Positions 1 to 12,329 of a stretch of 64,000 nt of DNA are shown here, in pieces (the first letter of the stretch is position 1; every line of letters starts with the position of its first letter). Under the pieces are notes generated by a model. The model searched no databases and had not been told where the DNA came from. It was given only the letters and a program-made list of their open reading frames with translations. The stretch is taken from positions 7,626,001-7,690,000 of the forward strand of contig JANJGN010000035.1 in assembly GCA_026770705.1 (NCBI GenBank), in the 5' to 3' direction. The translations under genes were made by a program, and so were the position numbers. This stretch comes from Isurus oxyrinchus (Eukaryota).

Positions 1-440
1 CAATATTCAGTGACATTCGCATGCTGCAAATATCTACGTCATTTTGTCTGGCAAATAACGCTAGGATTTTATTGTGTTGCTCCTTCAAATTTGAAAAAAA
101 TAATGTCAGTAATATTGAGATAGAAAATAATAAGCAATGAGAACAACATTATTGCACGGTCTTAGTAATCTGATTGTTCCTCTAAAAGACGTGTTTACAC
201 ATTATAACATATTCGCACGGAAATAAAAAAAACTGAAGAAGCGTTTTTTTTTTTCTTATATATTTCCTGGGATGTTTTCATGGTTAGCAAATTGCCCACC
301 TATAATTAAACTTTGCTAGGTTGGTGGTGCGGTGCTTTCTTAAAACTTGTTCTGATTAAGTAAGTAACATAGGCAGAAGACCTGATGAGGTTAATCATCA
401 GTTGGGCTGAAGTGATGGAGAACTAAGTAGGCTCCTCATT

Positions 441-628
441 NNNNNNNNNNNNNNNNNNNNNNNNNNNNNNNNNNNNNNNNNNNNNNNNNNNNNNNNNNNN
501 NNNNNNNNNNNNNNNNNNNNNNNNNNNNNNNNNNNNNNNNNNNNNNNNNNNNNNNNNNNNNNNNNNNNNNNNNNNNNNNNNNNNNNNNNNNNNNNNNNNN
601 NNNNNNNNNNNNNNNNNNNNNNNNNNNN
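441..628. other. Assembly gap (N run)
   Basis: Run of N, followed by AG/GATA simple repeats. Confidence 1.
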
Positions 629-1699
629 ATAGAGAGAGAGAGATAACAGTACAAAAAGAAGTTGGATAGATAGATAGATGTAAATAAGTTGCGAGAGAGA
701 CATATACCTTTTCCTAGTGTAACAAAAAATAAAGATACATGTCTGAGATGCTTCCTTTTCATCAATCTAATATCTCGATTGAGAATGCTTCAGTGGAGAG
801 GTACTTTAATGAACTGTCAATACTGCTGTTGCTGATGATTCCTGTTAAACATATTAAAAGTCCCATTCAATCGTTTCTTTCAAAAGATATATGGTAGACA
901 ATGATCAAAAACGGATAAATCACTCTTGCTGCAATACGTTGTCTTAACAGTTGCGAAACCTCAGCGAATGCAACGGCCATTTCGTATGCAATTCATTGTG
1001 ATCTACTCAGTTGATGAACTTCAAACGATAGCTCACATGCCCTAAACATAGGTTAGCTATTTGTCCATTTAGAGTTGATTTCAGACCCAATATAGCCGAA
1101 GCAACGAGCACGTAATTTCCCTTCCTAAGGCAGTTACAATCGTAGGCAGTTACAATCGTGGCACGCACTTCAAACAGAATGCATTTCACTCTCAAGGGCT
1201 CAAAGTCCGTTGGGAAAACTTAGCATCTAGTCCATTTCCATTTCCAAAAAAGCTAATCCATCATGCAAAATCTCACTTCCAGAAAAAACAATATTGATAA
1301 TTTGGCTGTTTTTTTTTTGCCTCTCAGGTCATCTTTAGTGGTATGAACGAGCTGCAAACAAGGATCTGCCAGGAATTTTAAATTGAAATTTTCCTTACTG
1401 TATCCAGTAGAGCTAAATGGCCAGTGGATGGACAAGGTGCGGATTGTTCTGAACTGGATGAATACACACTGGAGGTTTTTCTTGGTCTGTTATGCTGTGG
1501 AAAGAATACTATCAAATTAATCATGATAGAGTTGGAGGTGGCGATAGGATTGTAAATACCAGTCGATTCATTGGCAACAGAGCCGAAATTGCTTCCTCTT
1601 GTAACACAAAAAATGCTTCAATAGGGTCTGATGCTCTGATTTAAAATAACCTTAACCATAGGATCGCGAGTTGAAGTGGTTATGAGGCTGATGACCCTG

Positions 1700-2500
1700 A
1701 TTTTAAAAGTTTCAAAAACCAGCAAGATCTTGCTACCTTTTTTAAAAAAAATTGCCAGTACCATGAGCAACGTGGAAGGTCAAAGTGCAATGAAATGCAC
1801 AAAGGCCCATTAGATATCTAAGGCACAGCCCTTGTCCATGGAGACTATATGTCTGCAAGGGTTAACTTGACACTGGCTCATGTGTTCAAGCACACGAGAT
1901 TGCAATCCAGGAAAAATAAAATGCACCCGACGTCAAAACCCACGAGAAAAAGTTAGAGACCTGTGACATGACTTGAATGCAAGCTCTTTGAAGCTGTAAT
2001 ATTACTCGGTCAAACTCAACAGAGTATGTCTATCATTCTACCACCTCTCAGTCATCAGGAGAAATGACTCTTTACAGGTATTTTGCTTGGCCCTCATATA
2101 CACTGTGCAGTATCTTAACATCGGAACTCCTCTATCTGTGTCTATAAGACTCATCCATCGTGGAACCTTTCACTTTTGTGGGTACTGATAAACTTGCAGC
2201 AGTTTAAGCCTGCTATTCTTACAAGATTAACACCGTTAGGTTATTGATTTGGACTCAGGACTCTCATGAAACCATAACTCTTATTTCATTGTGCTATGCA
2301 CTGCACACATTGCTTTCCCTGATCCCTCTATTATTGTGTGAGTGCAAAAAGGGTGGGTAATTTGATACCCTTCCCCAAACTTTATGTTTGCGTAAAGTAA
2401 AGCAACCCACTTTGTTTACATTATCTCGAGTTTGCTGTGTTATTCTGACTAGGGATTGCATTACCGCAAACTGATGTATTACAGAAAGTATGCAGTACTT
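1700..2500 (+). mobile_element. Possible decayed solo LTR
   Basis: Non-coding, with composition and 3' part reminiscent of fish/shark LTRs. No clear TG..CA termini or TSD found. Confidence 0.25.
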
Positions 2501-2590
2501 GCAAGCATGGGAATAAATAAATAAATTTATTCATGGGCGTTTATTGAGAGGGGGATGGGGGGGGGGCGTGGGTGTTGTTGGGGTTGGTGG

Positions 2591-3591
2591 GGTGGTGGTG
2601 CTGTTCCGGCGGAGGGTGCAGAAGGCTGCCTAAATGAATTACTCTCCTGTCCTTAATAGAAATGGTGGCCTTGTCCCGTTTGATCTAATTTGAAATCATC
2701 CGGCATCCAAGTTAAGCTAGCAGCCAATTTAAAATGACAGGCAGAATTAATCTCAGGACAAATAAAGACACAGCAAATTATTAATTTAGAGGTAAGGAAA
2801 TGGTAACACCTGATGGAATAAATGCGTATTCAGTAAGAGGATTTTAGTGGGTCATTTTTGCACCAACTTTCCACCGATTAATTGTAAGCTCTAGCTCAGA
2901 CGCTGCAATTGAAATTACCGAGCAAAGTCTAAAGAAACTGGCGATTTTTGGCGGTTGTAGACGTCGGCAGATGACGTTACCAGTAGAGAAGATAATGCAA
3001 TTCAGCCATGACTCAAAATCTCGTCGCCTAGCTAATAACGAACTAAAAAATCTTAAATTGGAGCTTCAACAAGGAAACAATTATTGGGAGGCTTATACCA
3101 GTTACCAAAATTTGAAAATGGAGCTAACAGTTCAAAGTGAGAGAGAGAGAAAGAGAACAGACATTTCGGCGCTTAGAGCATACATCCTGTTCTTTCCAGC
3201 AGCACTCTCTTTGGCGCCCAAGTATATGAAGAAGCTTCTCAAGTTTCAAGCGACTAATGGAGAGCCATTTTTGCCACCTTTCAAATAACAGCAGATCTCC
3301 TAAAGTGGCCCTAAGATATCTGGATATTTTTCATTTGGGGAAGCTGTCACGGGAGAACCCGAGACGTCTACTTTTGCTATCCCAAATTTTTGCGCTGCCT
3401 GAGCCTGCATTCCTAAGTGCATACAAGTTCGTCCTGGAGGCCACCAGCAAATAGAGACTGCTTCTTAAGATGCAAACCAAAATCTACAAAAAGCTTTAAC
3501 TAGTGACAAAGATCACATTTCAACGATCGAAAAGAGCGCAAAATATCCCACGCACATTAGAATATTTGCTTGTGCTATCAATCTTGGATGA
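2591..3591 (+). pseudogene. Endogenous bornavirus-like nucleoprotein (N) remnant with several stops and frameshifts
   Basis: Stitched translation gives motifs in the same order and near-identical spacing as BoDV-1 N (recalled): GGAVPAEGAE ~ GGSDPHPGIGHE; LIVSSSSDAAIEITEQSLKK ~ VVIGSSSKIKAGAEQIKK; TDISALRAYILFFPAALSLAP ~ [31 protein letters not shown]...EPAFLSAYK ~ KLAPRSFPNL...ENPTMAGYR (27 aa from K to Y in both). Candidate stop TGA at 3589-3591. Confidence 0.65.
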
Positions 3592-3909
3592 ATCGAACAT
3601 TACCTAACATCAAACAGGCGACTCTGCCTAAAGGATCGGTGAGAATCATCATTGCTAGGGGCGCAGGAGTCAGAGCAGATATTTGCAATTTTGAAGATAG
3701 GGCATTGTATTCACACAGGAACCTTCGAATCTAAAACCATGAGTGCTGACAAAAGAAGCAGGGCTATCTAGATAGGAAATGTCCCCAGCTCTGAAAAGAA
3801 AAGAGAGAAGGAAATGTGAGAAGTCCCTCCAGCAATGCCCCTCGCCCCCTAAAAACCAAAGGAAAAATTCCATGAGGCTTGTGTTTTCCCACTGCAGACC
3901 CGACTGCTG

Positions 3910-4347
3910 ATGATGGCGAAGCAAGACAGTTTGGTGCATAAGGTTTCAAAAGTGATACCCCCGAAATATTCCCTGGTGTGCAGTGCAGCAGAGCTACTTG
4001 TGACAGAAGATTATCCATTAGAGTGCAAGGCCTTTTCTATATCGAATGCGGATGGACTCCAAGAGAGATTAAGATATTCTGTCCTTTTAGGAGAAGTGGC
4101 CCCATTCCTCATCCAAACTGTTAGCGATTCCGTGGCACTCCCTGGGAACGCAGAGACAAGACAGTTAGCGATGTTTGAAGGAAAACTAAATTTAAAAATC
4201 GAGGCCACACTGAAGGCCAAAACTCCGGTGGGTGTAGTTGGTCGTGTGCATCAGTGTGGGCCTCGCTATGAGGCCGCCATAGAGATCGACCTTGTTTCAG
4301 TCCCCGTTGCTGTAGGAACTGTCCCTCAGCTAAAAGAAGGACGATAA
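3910..4347 (+). CDS. Uninterrupted 145-aa ORF, bornavirus matrix (M)-like
   Basis: Length matches BoDV-1 M (142 aa). N-terminus SLVHKVSKVIPPKY ~ SYVELKDKVIVPGW; RQLAMFEGKL ~ NSLSVYKDPI; C-terminus VAVGTVPQLK ~ IGVGPLGPDIR. Lies downstream of the N-like remnant on the same strand. Confidence 0.55.
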   Translation: MMAKQDSLVHKVSKVIPPKYSLVCSAAELLVTEDYPLECKAFSISNADGLQERLRYSVLLGEVAPFLIQTVSDSVALPGNAETRQLAMFEGKLNLKIEATLKAKTPVGVVGRVHQCGPRYEAAIEIDLVSVPVAVGTVPQLKEGR

Positions 4348-4681
4348 TACTTCCTTTGTGTAGGATTGATCCGGCAGCCAGCCGTTAGCCAATGAAAGAA
4401 GAAAAGCCAAGGCGAAGTGGAAGAAATGAGCACTCGGGCACAAATTTGGAGAAGGGCAAGTGTCCAAAAATAATAGAATAGCACCCATAGTTTGGATAAT
4501 ATCGGCGCCAGTTTCCAATACAGCAAATGGCGGAGAGAACTAAATGGAAAAGAAGGCATTCTTTTTGCTAGACCAAAAGTGTGGGGAATCAGAGAAGTAA
4601 AATTATCATGATGCCACTAGAAGGTCGTGTAATGCTGGATTTCCAATAGGTACTGACTAAGGGCAGTAGAACAATACAAAA

Positions 4682-4990
4682 TCAAAGAAATAGGCAAACC
4701 ATGGGTTCAACATAAATTCGAATTAGGATCGGAAAAGTAAGTACTGAAGGAAGTAACTTCACACTTCCCTGCATGTTCTGCCACCTTCCACCTTTTTGCC
4801 TAGTTACTGAATCTGACGATGACTTCCCACAGTCTCTGTGCGCAACTAGCCTTAGCTTCCCAAATAACTTCACATAATTAACACACATTAATACATTGCT
4901 CTCTGTCTCTTCATCTAAGTCATTAATGTATAGGATGAAATGTGAGAATGAAATCCAGCTGTAAGCCTCCAAAAGTCCCCACAGGAAGCA
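4682..4990 (-). mobile_element. CR1-clade LINE RT fragment
   Basis: FILYINDLDEE...YVKLFG matches the CR1 RT FxIYINDLD...FADDTKLGG region. Confidence 0.8.
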
Positions 4991-5299
4991 AAGGGAAAAC
5001 CAATAATTTGAATTTATGAGGAGCAGATGTTTTGCCCGTTGTCTGATTCAGTCTATGGGTTGTTATTCCTCAATGGAGGTTACTTTGGTAATTTGTTAAT
5101 ACATGTAATATTTGTGATTTGAAGCCACGGCTACAACTAATTAAATCTGTCTGAAATATCAAAATGTTTCATCTGGTTCAATGTATATTTTCTAAATATG
5201 TTCCAACTCCTGAATTTCGATTTGCATCTCAAACACTACATTTAGAATGATATGATATGACAATTATTTAAAGATTTCTACTACATTTTTTTAATAACT

Positions 5300-6400
5300 C
5301 GGCTAAACTAATTCCATTAGTAATAGCAATTCTAAAACCCAAGTGTACCTCGTCTCCATTCAATCCCCTATTTTTGCTCAAATATAACAACCGAACCATG
5401 ATGCATTTTCTTACCTTTTAAACCTTGTGTTTAAGGATCACTTAGTAATTATTGGTAGCATATCTCCAATAAATATATTTAGGCCAAATGGCCTAGAGTT
5501 CACTCTTGTTCACTCCTGCATTTATTCCAAAGTTTTGTACCATGTCCCAACTGCCAATCCAATACCGCCATTCCGCAATCTAAGTAATTAGAGAAAATTA
5601 TATCCAGCACATCCACTGCCTCTGCTGTGATCTTCATTATAACTCTAGCTTCTGAGCCATCAAGACACTCGATGTTTTTTTTTCCGAATTTCATTATTTT
5701 AATTTTCGCAAATAACTTTTTCTCTGCGACAATACCTCCTACCTCTGCACCTAAGTGGCCAACAGTTTCTTTAGCTAATCACTTCCTACTTATTTGCTTC
5801 TAAAAGTTGTTTCAATCTGTTATTATATTTCCTGATGGTTTACTGTCATATTGTATTATTGTTCCGTGAATATCAAAATTTGGGTATCGCCATGATGACT
5901 TGTAAATGACTTCCAATCTTCAGAACTCTACCAGTTTTGATAAATTATAAGCACATTATTTTAATATGATAATATTCTTAAGAACCTGAGCGAAACATTA
6001 ATAGTTTATCTTGCTGAGCTTATGCTTGTCTTGTAATGTATTTTTATTGAAACGTTGAATTATTTTTTTTATTTGTCTCCACTGTTCATTACCTATGAAC
6101 CATTTAATTACTTAAACTTCAACGGTTCCTCCTTCATACTTATGTCATTGGCTTTGATCATATTAAAGATTTTTTTGTGTGTGTTTGTGCTTGGAGAGTA
6201 TCATTTACAAATTTAACTTACATTTAATAGCGTTTCAATTATGATTTTCCCATTGGCCTTTCCTTCCCTCATTCCTAATTAACCCTGTTTTTTTAGAGCA
6301 TCCTACATAAATGACAATTTTATCTTTGAAGTATTATATCACGTATTGTTCCTTGAAATAACAAGAAAATAAGCTGTTAACTCAGCCTTTAGATTTCTCT
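5300..6400 (-). mobile_element. Decayed CR1-clade LINE ORF2 fragment
   Basis: DVLDIIFSNYLDCGMAVLDWQLGHGTKLWNK resembles the CR1 LxxIFxxSLxxGxVPxDWxxAxVxPLFKK motif. Confidence 0.7.
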
Positions 6401-6414
6401 TGTCAATTGGCCAG

Positions 6415-8550
6415 GCAGTGGCAAGGAGGCGCTGTCACTCGATTTGTAATCCAGATACCTGGAGAAATGGTCTGCGGACACAGGTTCGAATGGTGAAATT
6501 TAAATTCAATAGCAATTTATAAATAAACGTGCAATGATGAAAGGTCCATGAAACCAACCAATATCAATTGTGGCAAATTCCTATCTGGTTCACTGTCCAT
6601 TCTGGAAGGAATTCCGCAGCCCTTGCTTGGTCTGGTCTGCATGTGACTCTGGTCACAGAATATAGTGGTTGACACCGAACTGCCTAATGAAATGGCTTAG
6701 CGAACTACTGAGCTCTAGAAATAGGCAAAAAATGTATCGATGAGCAACACAACCTCGACCTATGGACACGAAATGACAATAGCAAATCCAGCCGGGTCGA
6801 CTATGCAAATCCATCCAAAGCAACATCTGGGGCTGAGTTTCCAAATTCTGAATGCAGCCTCTCAGTCTATTCAAACAACAGTCTTACATGCTCATACATA
6901 TGGAAAACAATCTTACAGAAAATGTCCCTCACACCACAGTCATCATAACTGCGTATGACATGCCACATGGGCATGAAAAAAAACAGCAGTGTTGGCAATA
7001 CTGGGGCATACGGGCGGGAAGTATTTGCCCTGTCTGTTCTCTGCACCAACTCCGTACCGCAGGTAGTCACCTGGTATCAGGGATAGCATGGGCGAGGAGA
7101 AATCATTCTGCTTTGCCAGATAGAACAGTCCCCCTGAAGATGATGCCCCACTGCACATTGAGGGTGCCCGCCCTCGTGTTCTGTGTCGTGAGCACCATGC
7201 TCCATAGTCTAGGTTTCTAAGAGATCTAGCAACTGCCGCTACCATTTGGCCATTAGAGCTACTATCAGCAGCAGCAGAATTGAACTCAAAAAAATCTGTT
7301 AACTCATTGTGTGCTGTATCCCCTACTTTACCATTGTCATCCAGGCAGAAAATCAACCCTGATTCATTGAAGATTTCAGGAGGGCATACCAGGGACAAGA
7401 CCAGGTATAATTTGAAAAATGAGATATTAGCCAAGTAAAGCTGCTGCAGAGAGCTCCTTGCATGCCAAACAGCAGAAAAAAATGTTAGATAGAGCTGACC
7501 AATCCCAAAGCCAACGTATCAGGTATAATCATAGCAGTCATGCGACATGCAGTCTTGAATGTTGTTGGACAGTATAATAAGCAGTGGAGAATTATGAGAA
7601 TCCACAAATGTCTTGATCCTCAATGAGGGGAGAGCCCGTCACAAATCTGCAAAAGGCTAGTCTTCAGGATGAAGCACCAAGTGAGCGGTTGCTATGGCTA
7701 TCCTCGAAGTCCCCACCATCACTACTACCAGTCTTAAAAAAATTCGATTTATTCAATATGATATCAAGAAACGGCGGAAAGGACTGGATACTGGAAAGGC
7801 TATGGCCCAGAAAACATTCCGTTAATAGTACTGAAGACGTGTACCCCAAAAGTTGCTGTGCACCTCGCCAATTTGTTCCCGTGTTGTTAGAATGCTGACA
7901 TTTAAATGGCAATGTTGAAAATTGACCTGGTATCGCTTTTGCATAAGGAACAGGACAAATCCGACCCGGCTGATTAATGCCCCACCCGTCTAACCTGTAG
8001 CATCAGAAAATGCTGGAAAGGGTCATTAATAGCGCCATCAAACGTCACGTGCTCAGTGGCTCTCATTTGGGTTCCAGTAGAGCCAGTCAGCTCCTCATGT
8101 CATTACACTCTTGCATCAAATACGGAGAAAAAAGAGCTTTGCACCGAAAATGAGGTGAGACTAATTGCCCTTGACATCAACGCAAAATTTGAATGTGTCA
8201 TCCTCGCAAATTTGGAATTATGCCAAGATGTATGAAAAAAGTTTCTGGCTGTTGGTGGTCAAAGATCTAATTTCTAGCACAGCACTTCAGGTTTTCACGA
8301 TGGCAGTATTATAGTCCCAATAATCTTCATCTGCTTCAAAAATGACCTTCCATTTATTATAAGGTGAGAAGTGGAGGTGTTCGCTCTTGATTCCTCAAAC
8401 ACTTAAACTTCCATGTAGAAATGCAGCAAGACCTTTTCATATCACCTTTGGGCTAACAAGTGGCAAGTAGAATTGACGTGAACAAGTGCCAAGCAATGGT
8501 CATCTCCAATAAGGGATTGTGTCATAATTCCCTCTTGACTTACAATGGAA
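6415..8550 (+). mobile_element. Decayed CR1/L2-group LINE with tRNA-like 5' head
   Basis: Head has a B-box-like GGTTCGAAT, followed by endonuclease- and RT-like segments (e.g. ATCTTCATCTGCTTCAAAAATGACCTTCC). Same family as 25545-28560. Confidence 0.8.
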
Positions 8551-9079
8551 TTTCAAGCGCAGGATTTAATATCCGAATTTAGAATATTGATGTTCGCAAA
8601 ACAAAGGCTTATTGTATTTCCCAGGAATAGTGATGAAAATGTGCATATAAACAATCAGAGCTCGATCGTCTATGAAAACGTTCACCGTTAGCCAGAACAT
8701 GAATGCCATGAGGATAACAAAAACAACTTTTATTTTCTGCTTGAAAAGCAACAGCATTTTATTGGGGAGATGGCGAAGAAATCCACAGGAGAAGGATTGT
8801 TGGACTTTCAGCATCAAATGAATCAGAGTTATTTGATAATAGTCTGGTTTTCGTAGTTGAGGGAATAAACAGCATAAAACTGCAACTTTGTACTTAAAGC
8901 CCGCTGTTGGAAACGGCACAGATTTCTAAGATACTGAGGGAAATATCGAGAACTGTGCTGTCCATACTCAAAATGACACTGGGGAAATATTGAACTTTTT
9001 CTTGCGCTACGGAAATAACTTCTTACCGGAAAGAAGGCAGGCTTGATCGGAATTAGCACTGTTAATTAAATCGAGAACG

Positions 9080-9725
9080 GCTGCATAATACTGAGGTGGA
9101 GAGGAACCAAGTTCTTCTAGTGGATGAGTCACAAAAAGTTAATCTGCAGGTAGAGGAAGTCAATAAGAAGGCGATTGGAATACCACCCTTTTTTACGAGC
9201 ACATTTGAACATATAAGTAAGGATGATATGGTTCAGTTATGCAAGCCACTGTTAAGCCTTCAACTCAAATATTATGTGCAGTTCTACTCTCCTATTTTTG
9301 AGGATGTAAATACACTTGAGGTGGTTCAAATTAGGTTCACTAGACTGAAAACTGAGATGAGTGGGTTGTCTTACGAGGAACGTTTGGGAAGAATAGCATT
9401 GTTTCCACTGGTGTTTAGAAGAGTGAGGCCTGATTTGATCAAAGCATACAATATCATGAAGCGACTGGACAACTTCCACGTCGAAAAGGATGTTTCCTCT
9501 TTTGTGTGAGTCCAGAACGAGGAGACAGTGTTTCAAAATTAGGTGTTGCGTTTTAGGGCAGAGATGAGGAGATTACTTTTTGTTAGGCCTGATGATAATT
9601 GTTTATTGGCGTTAGATGGGAATGTGGAAATCCAAACACATGAAAATCATCAAGGCTTTTATTGAAAGTTGGAGGATGTTCGAGGGGCCAAGTGCACGAT
9701 TCCTGCTCCCATTTATTATGTTATA
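9080..9725 (+). mobile_element. CR1 LINE 3' fragment
   Basis: LKYYVQFYSP...LEVVQIRFTRLKTEMSGLSYEERLGRIALFPLVFRRVRPDLIKAYNIMKRLD is the classic CR1 ORF2 C-terminus, followed by a 3' UTR. Confidence 0.9.
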
Positions 9726-10099
9726 TTCATTGCTATGCGCAACAGACTGTAAGAGAAGAAAAATCATTACAGTAAATACAACAAATTAGGCACAAATGAG
9801 CATCAAAAGCAAGTCTAACATTCCATGTTGCATGCATGACGCAAGCAAATGTCTGTGATGGGCTTGAAAATATTTGAATCAGAGGGCGAGGAAGAAGAAA
9901 ATCAAAGATCTGATGTCTGATAGAGGGAGGGAGAGATTAAATGAAAAACCAAGTTAGAGGAGACGACTAAGAAGGTGCTAACGAATTCAATGAAGCAACA
10001 AAGCTTTTTGCCAGCGAGAGTGTGGATGTCAGCAGAATGAAAAACACTGTCATAAAGCAATGCACGTATTTCAAAGATGAACATGACAAATGGAAATAT

Positions 10100-11450
10100 A
10101 ATTTAGCGTGGGATAGTTGTCCTAGTCTGAAAGTATTTATCTCGGTGTTGAATCAAAATCCTCTATAACACTTACCAGGTGGATGAGTTGCTGTTCTTCG
10201 AGGTAGTGTTGAACTTTACTGGAATATAGCTGGCGGCTGAATAGAAAATTGTGAGTGTTTGTCCAAGATAATAATTAGAATGAAATGGCAACACAGCACT
10301 GAGTTACGCTTGGTGACTTATCGCAAGTATTGCACACAGTTTTTAACAAATTGTTGTTTGTTCGCCCAAATACAGAGAATATGGCTCTGCAGAAAATGGT
10401 GCACCACATGCCAAATTGAACACCACAAGTCACTTACTCTTTCGCCTGGAAGCTTTGTTTTTAGAGTGGTTTCTGAGGAACAATGAACTCATTTAACAGT
10501 TCATCACCTGATAATGCTCTTGGGAGGGATCATGTTGTTGGTCGTGATTGGGGAGTGATCAAGGGTGAATTGGAGGGAAAAATCACTTCAGCTTTTTTTT
10601 TCACGGTAGTGGAAGATCTTTGTTGTCGTGGCATCTTGTTGCAAGTTGTACAATTGATGCAGGATAATTGTTTGCATTCTTGGGCAGCTGGCTCGATACA
10701 TACTGATGTGATGGTGTGAGGTGGCGTGATGGCCAAGGTGCAGAGGGACACTGTTGCTTTTCCAGGAGGGAAGGGAGCGGGTGAGTGGGCTCAGAAAAGG
10801 ATCAAATTTTATTGCACATTTGATGCTCCTTTCCCAAAACACTGCGTAGAAATCATGGGTTGAAAACCATGATAAAATAGCATTGTTGTGGTGGCAGCTT
10901 GCATTTTTAGAGAAATAATGCCGAGTTAGAGAAACATGGCAAATATACTCGACTACTTACAAGTGAGAGAGTGCAAGGAAATGCATTTGATGTGCCAGTG
11001 GGCGCCAGTGGACTAATAATGATTTTCAGTAGCCGGCCTATCTCCATAGATGGAGACAGCGAAGTCGAGGGGGAGGGGGCAGTGTTTAAGCTGGAATTGG
11101 TGATCGTAGAAGGATGGAAATTGGAAGCAACTTTTATGACGATTTCCTGTTCTGGGTGCGAACAGAAATACTAACGTATGGAGCCGTCAATTTGGGCGAG
11201 CTAGGGGTTTGGGTGGGGGTATGGTGGTAGGGAGGTTTGCGGATGCGCGTAGCAGTGAGTGTAGGAAATAATCAAAATCCAAAAATCGCACGAAAAACAC
11301 AAGCATTAACAAGATCCTTGCGGGCACCGTGCCAATCATATTATTTGGATTAAGTGAGACATGTTCAATGGGAAATGCTTAAAGAAGACTACAAGTTCAA
11401 ATGGTGCGAGTGAGGTTGGCATAGTGTAACTACTTGGGCTTCTGTTCATC
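10100..11450 (-). mobile_element. Decayed Penelope-like element
   Basis: Reverse complement parallels the RT/GIY-YIG sequence of 50740-52500. Confidence 0.7.
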
Positions 11451-12329
11451 CATTATCTGTGATTTGCATGACAGTGCAAGAGATCAAATATTATTCAGTC
11501 AACAGCGTAAGCTATATTTATTTTGGTGTTACTTTAAATAATTATTGGGCCAGACAATATATCATTTTTAAAATTTCTCCCTTTCTCAAGAGCTTGCTTT
11601 CCACATTGTGATTCTGTAGTGTTAAAGTACATTTTGATATCGGTCGCACCACTTAATTATATTAATGTATGAATCACTAGCAAGAAATCACGTGTCACCA
11701 GCGAATGATGCTTATTAGCAAGCCGAATTATAAACAGTCCTTATATATTCACAAACTAACATGACGTCAAGAGATCAATGCCAAAATAACAACCAAACGT
11801 CTTGTAGGATAACAGGAAACCGCTGTAATAGCGCATTTTCATTTCCGTACTTCATATTTGTTGTAAAATTTGGGCCTCTGAATCACAGTTGCCGAGTGGC
11901 AACAGTCGACACGGAAAGCAGGGAGGTAACTTCTATGTCTGAATGCTCGGAATGCATTGATTGGGACATTCCACAGTAAAGGAGTAGCGGTCTTAGCAGC
12001 GTTTGCTGAACAAAAATAAACTTTTGTCGTGAGCTCGGTTTAATATGGAGAACGGTAGAACGTCAAATCAAAATTTGAACATTGATTGATTTACATTGGC
12101 TTCGTTGGGAGAAGAAATACAAACCAGGGCATTAGTGGGATGAAGGGCTAAACATAAATTAAAAGACATCAGGAGCTCAAGACGATGTTTTCCAACATAA
12201 TAAGCGAAAATGAGGCGATTCTCAATTTTGCCCTCCATAACTTCAAGAAGGCCACATTGCAAAAGGCAAAAACATAATAATAATAATCTTCATGATAATA
12301 ATAAAGAAATATAAAGATAGACAAGTTAA

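Noticed and set aside
382-401. CTGATGA...TCATCAG as a hammerhead or snoRNA box
   Set aside because: It is only a 7-bp hairpin with no GAAA core, and the context is cut off by the gap.
398-765. ORFs spanning the N gap
   Set aside because: Artefacts of Ns and simple repeats.
1128-1159. 16-nt tandem duplication AGGCAGTTACAATCGT x2
   Set aside because: An ordinary local slippage duplication.
3640-3690. IIIARGAG as a mononegaviral L methyltransferase GxGxG motif
   Set aside because: There is no correctly spaced upstream catalytic lysine motif, and the position between the N-like and M-like genes is inconsistent.
2734-4470. Orthomyxovirus PB2-like reading of the viral-looking block
   Set aside because: There are a few short resemblances, but spacing and total length do not fit. 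The bornavirus N plus M reading gives colinear motifs and matching lengths.
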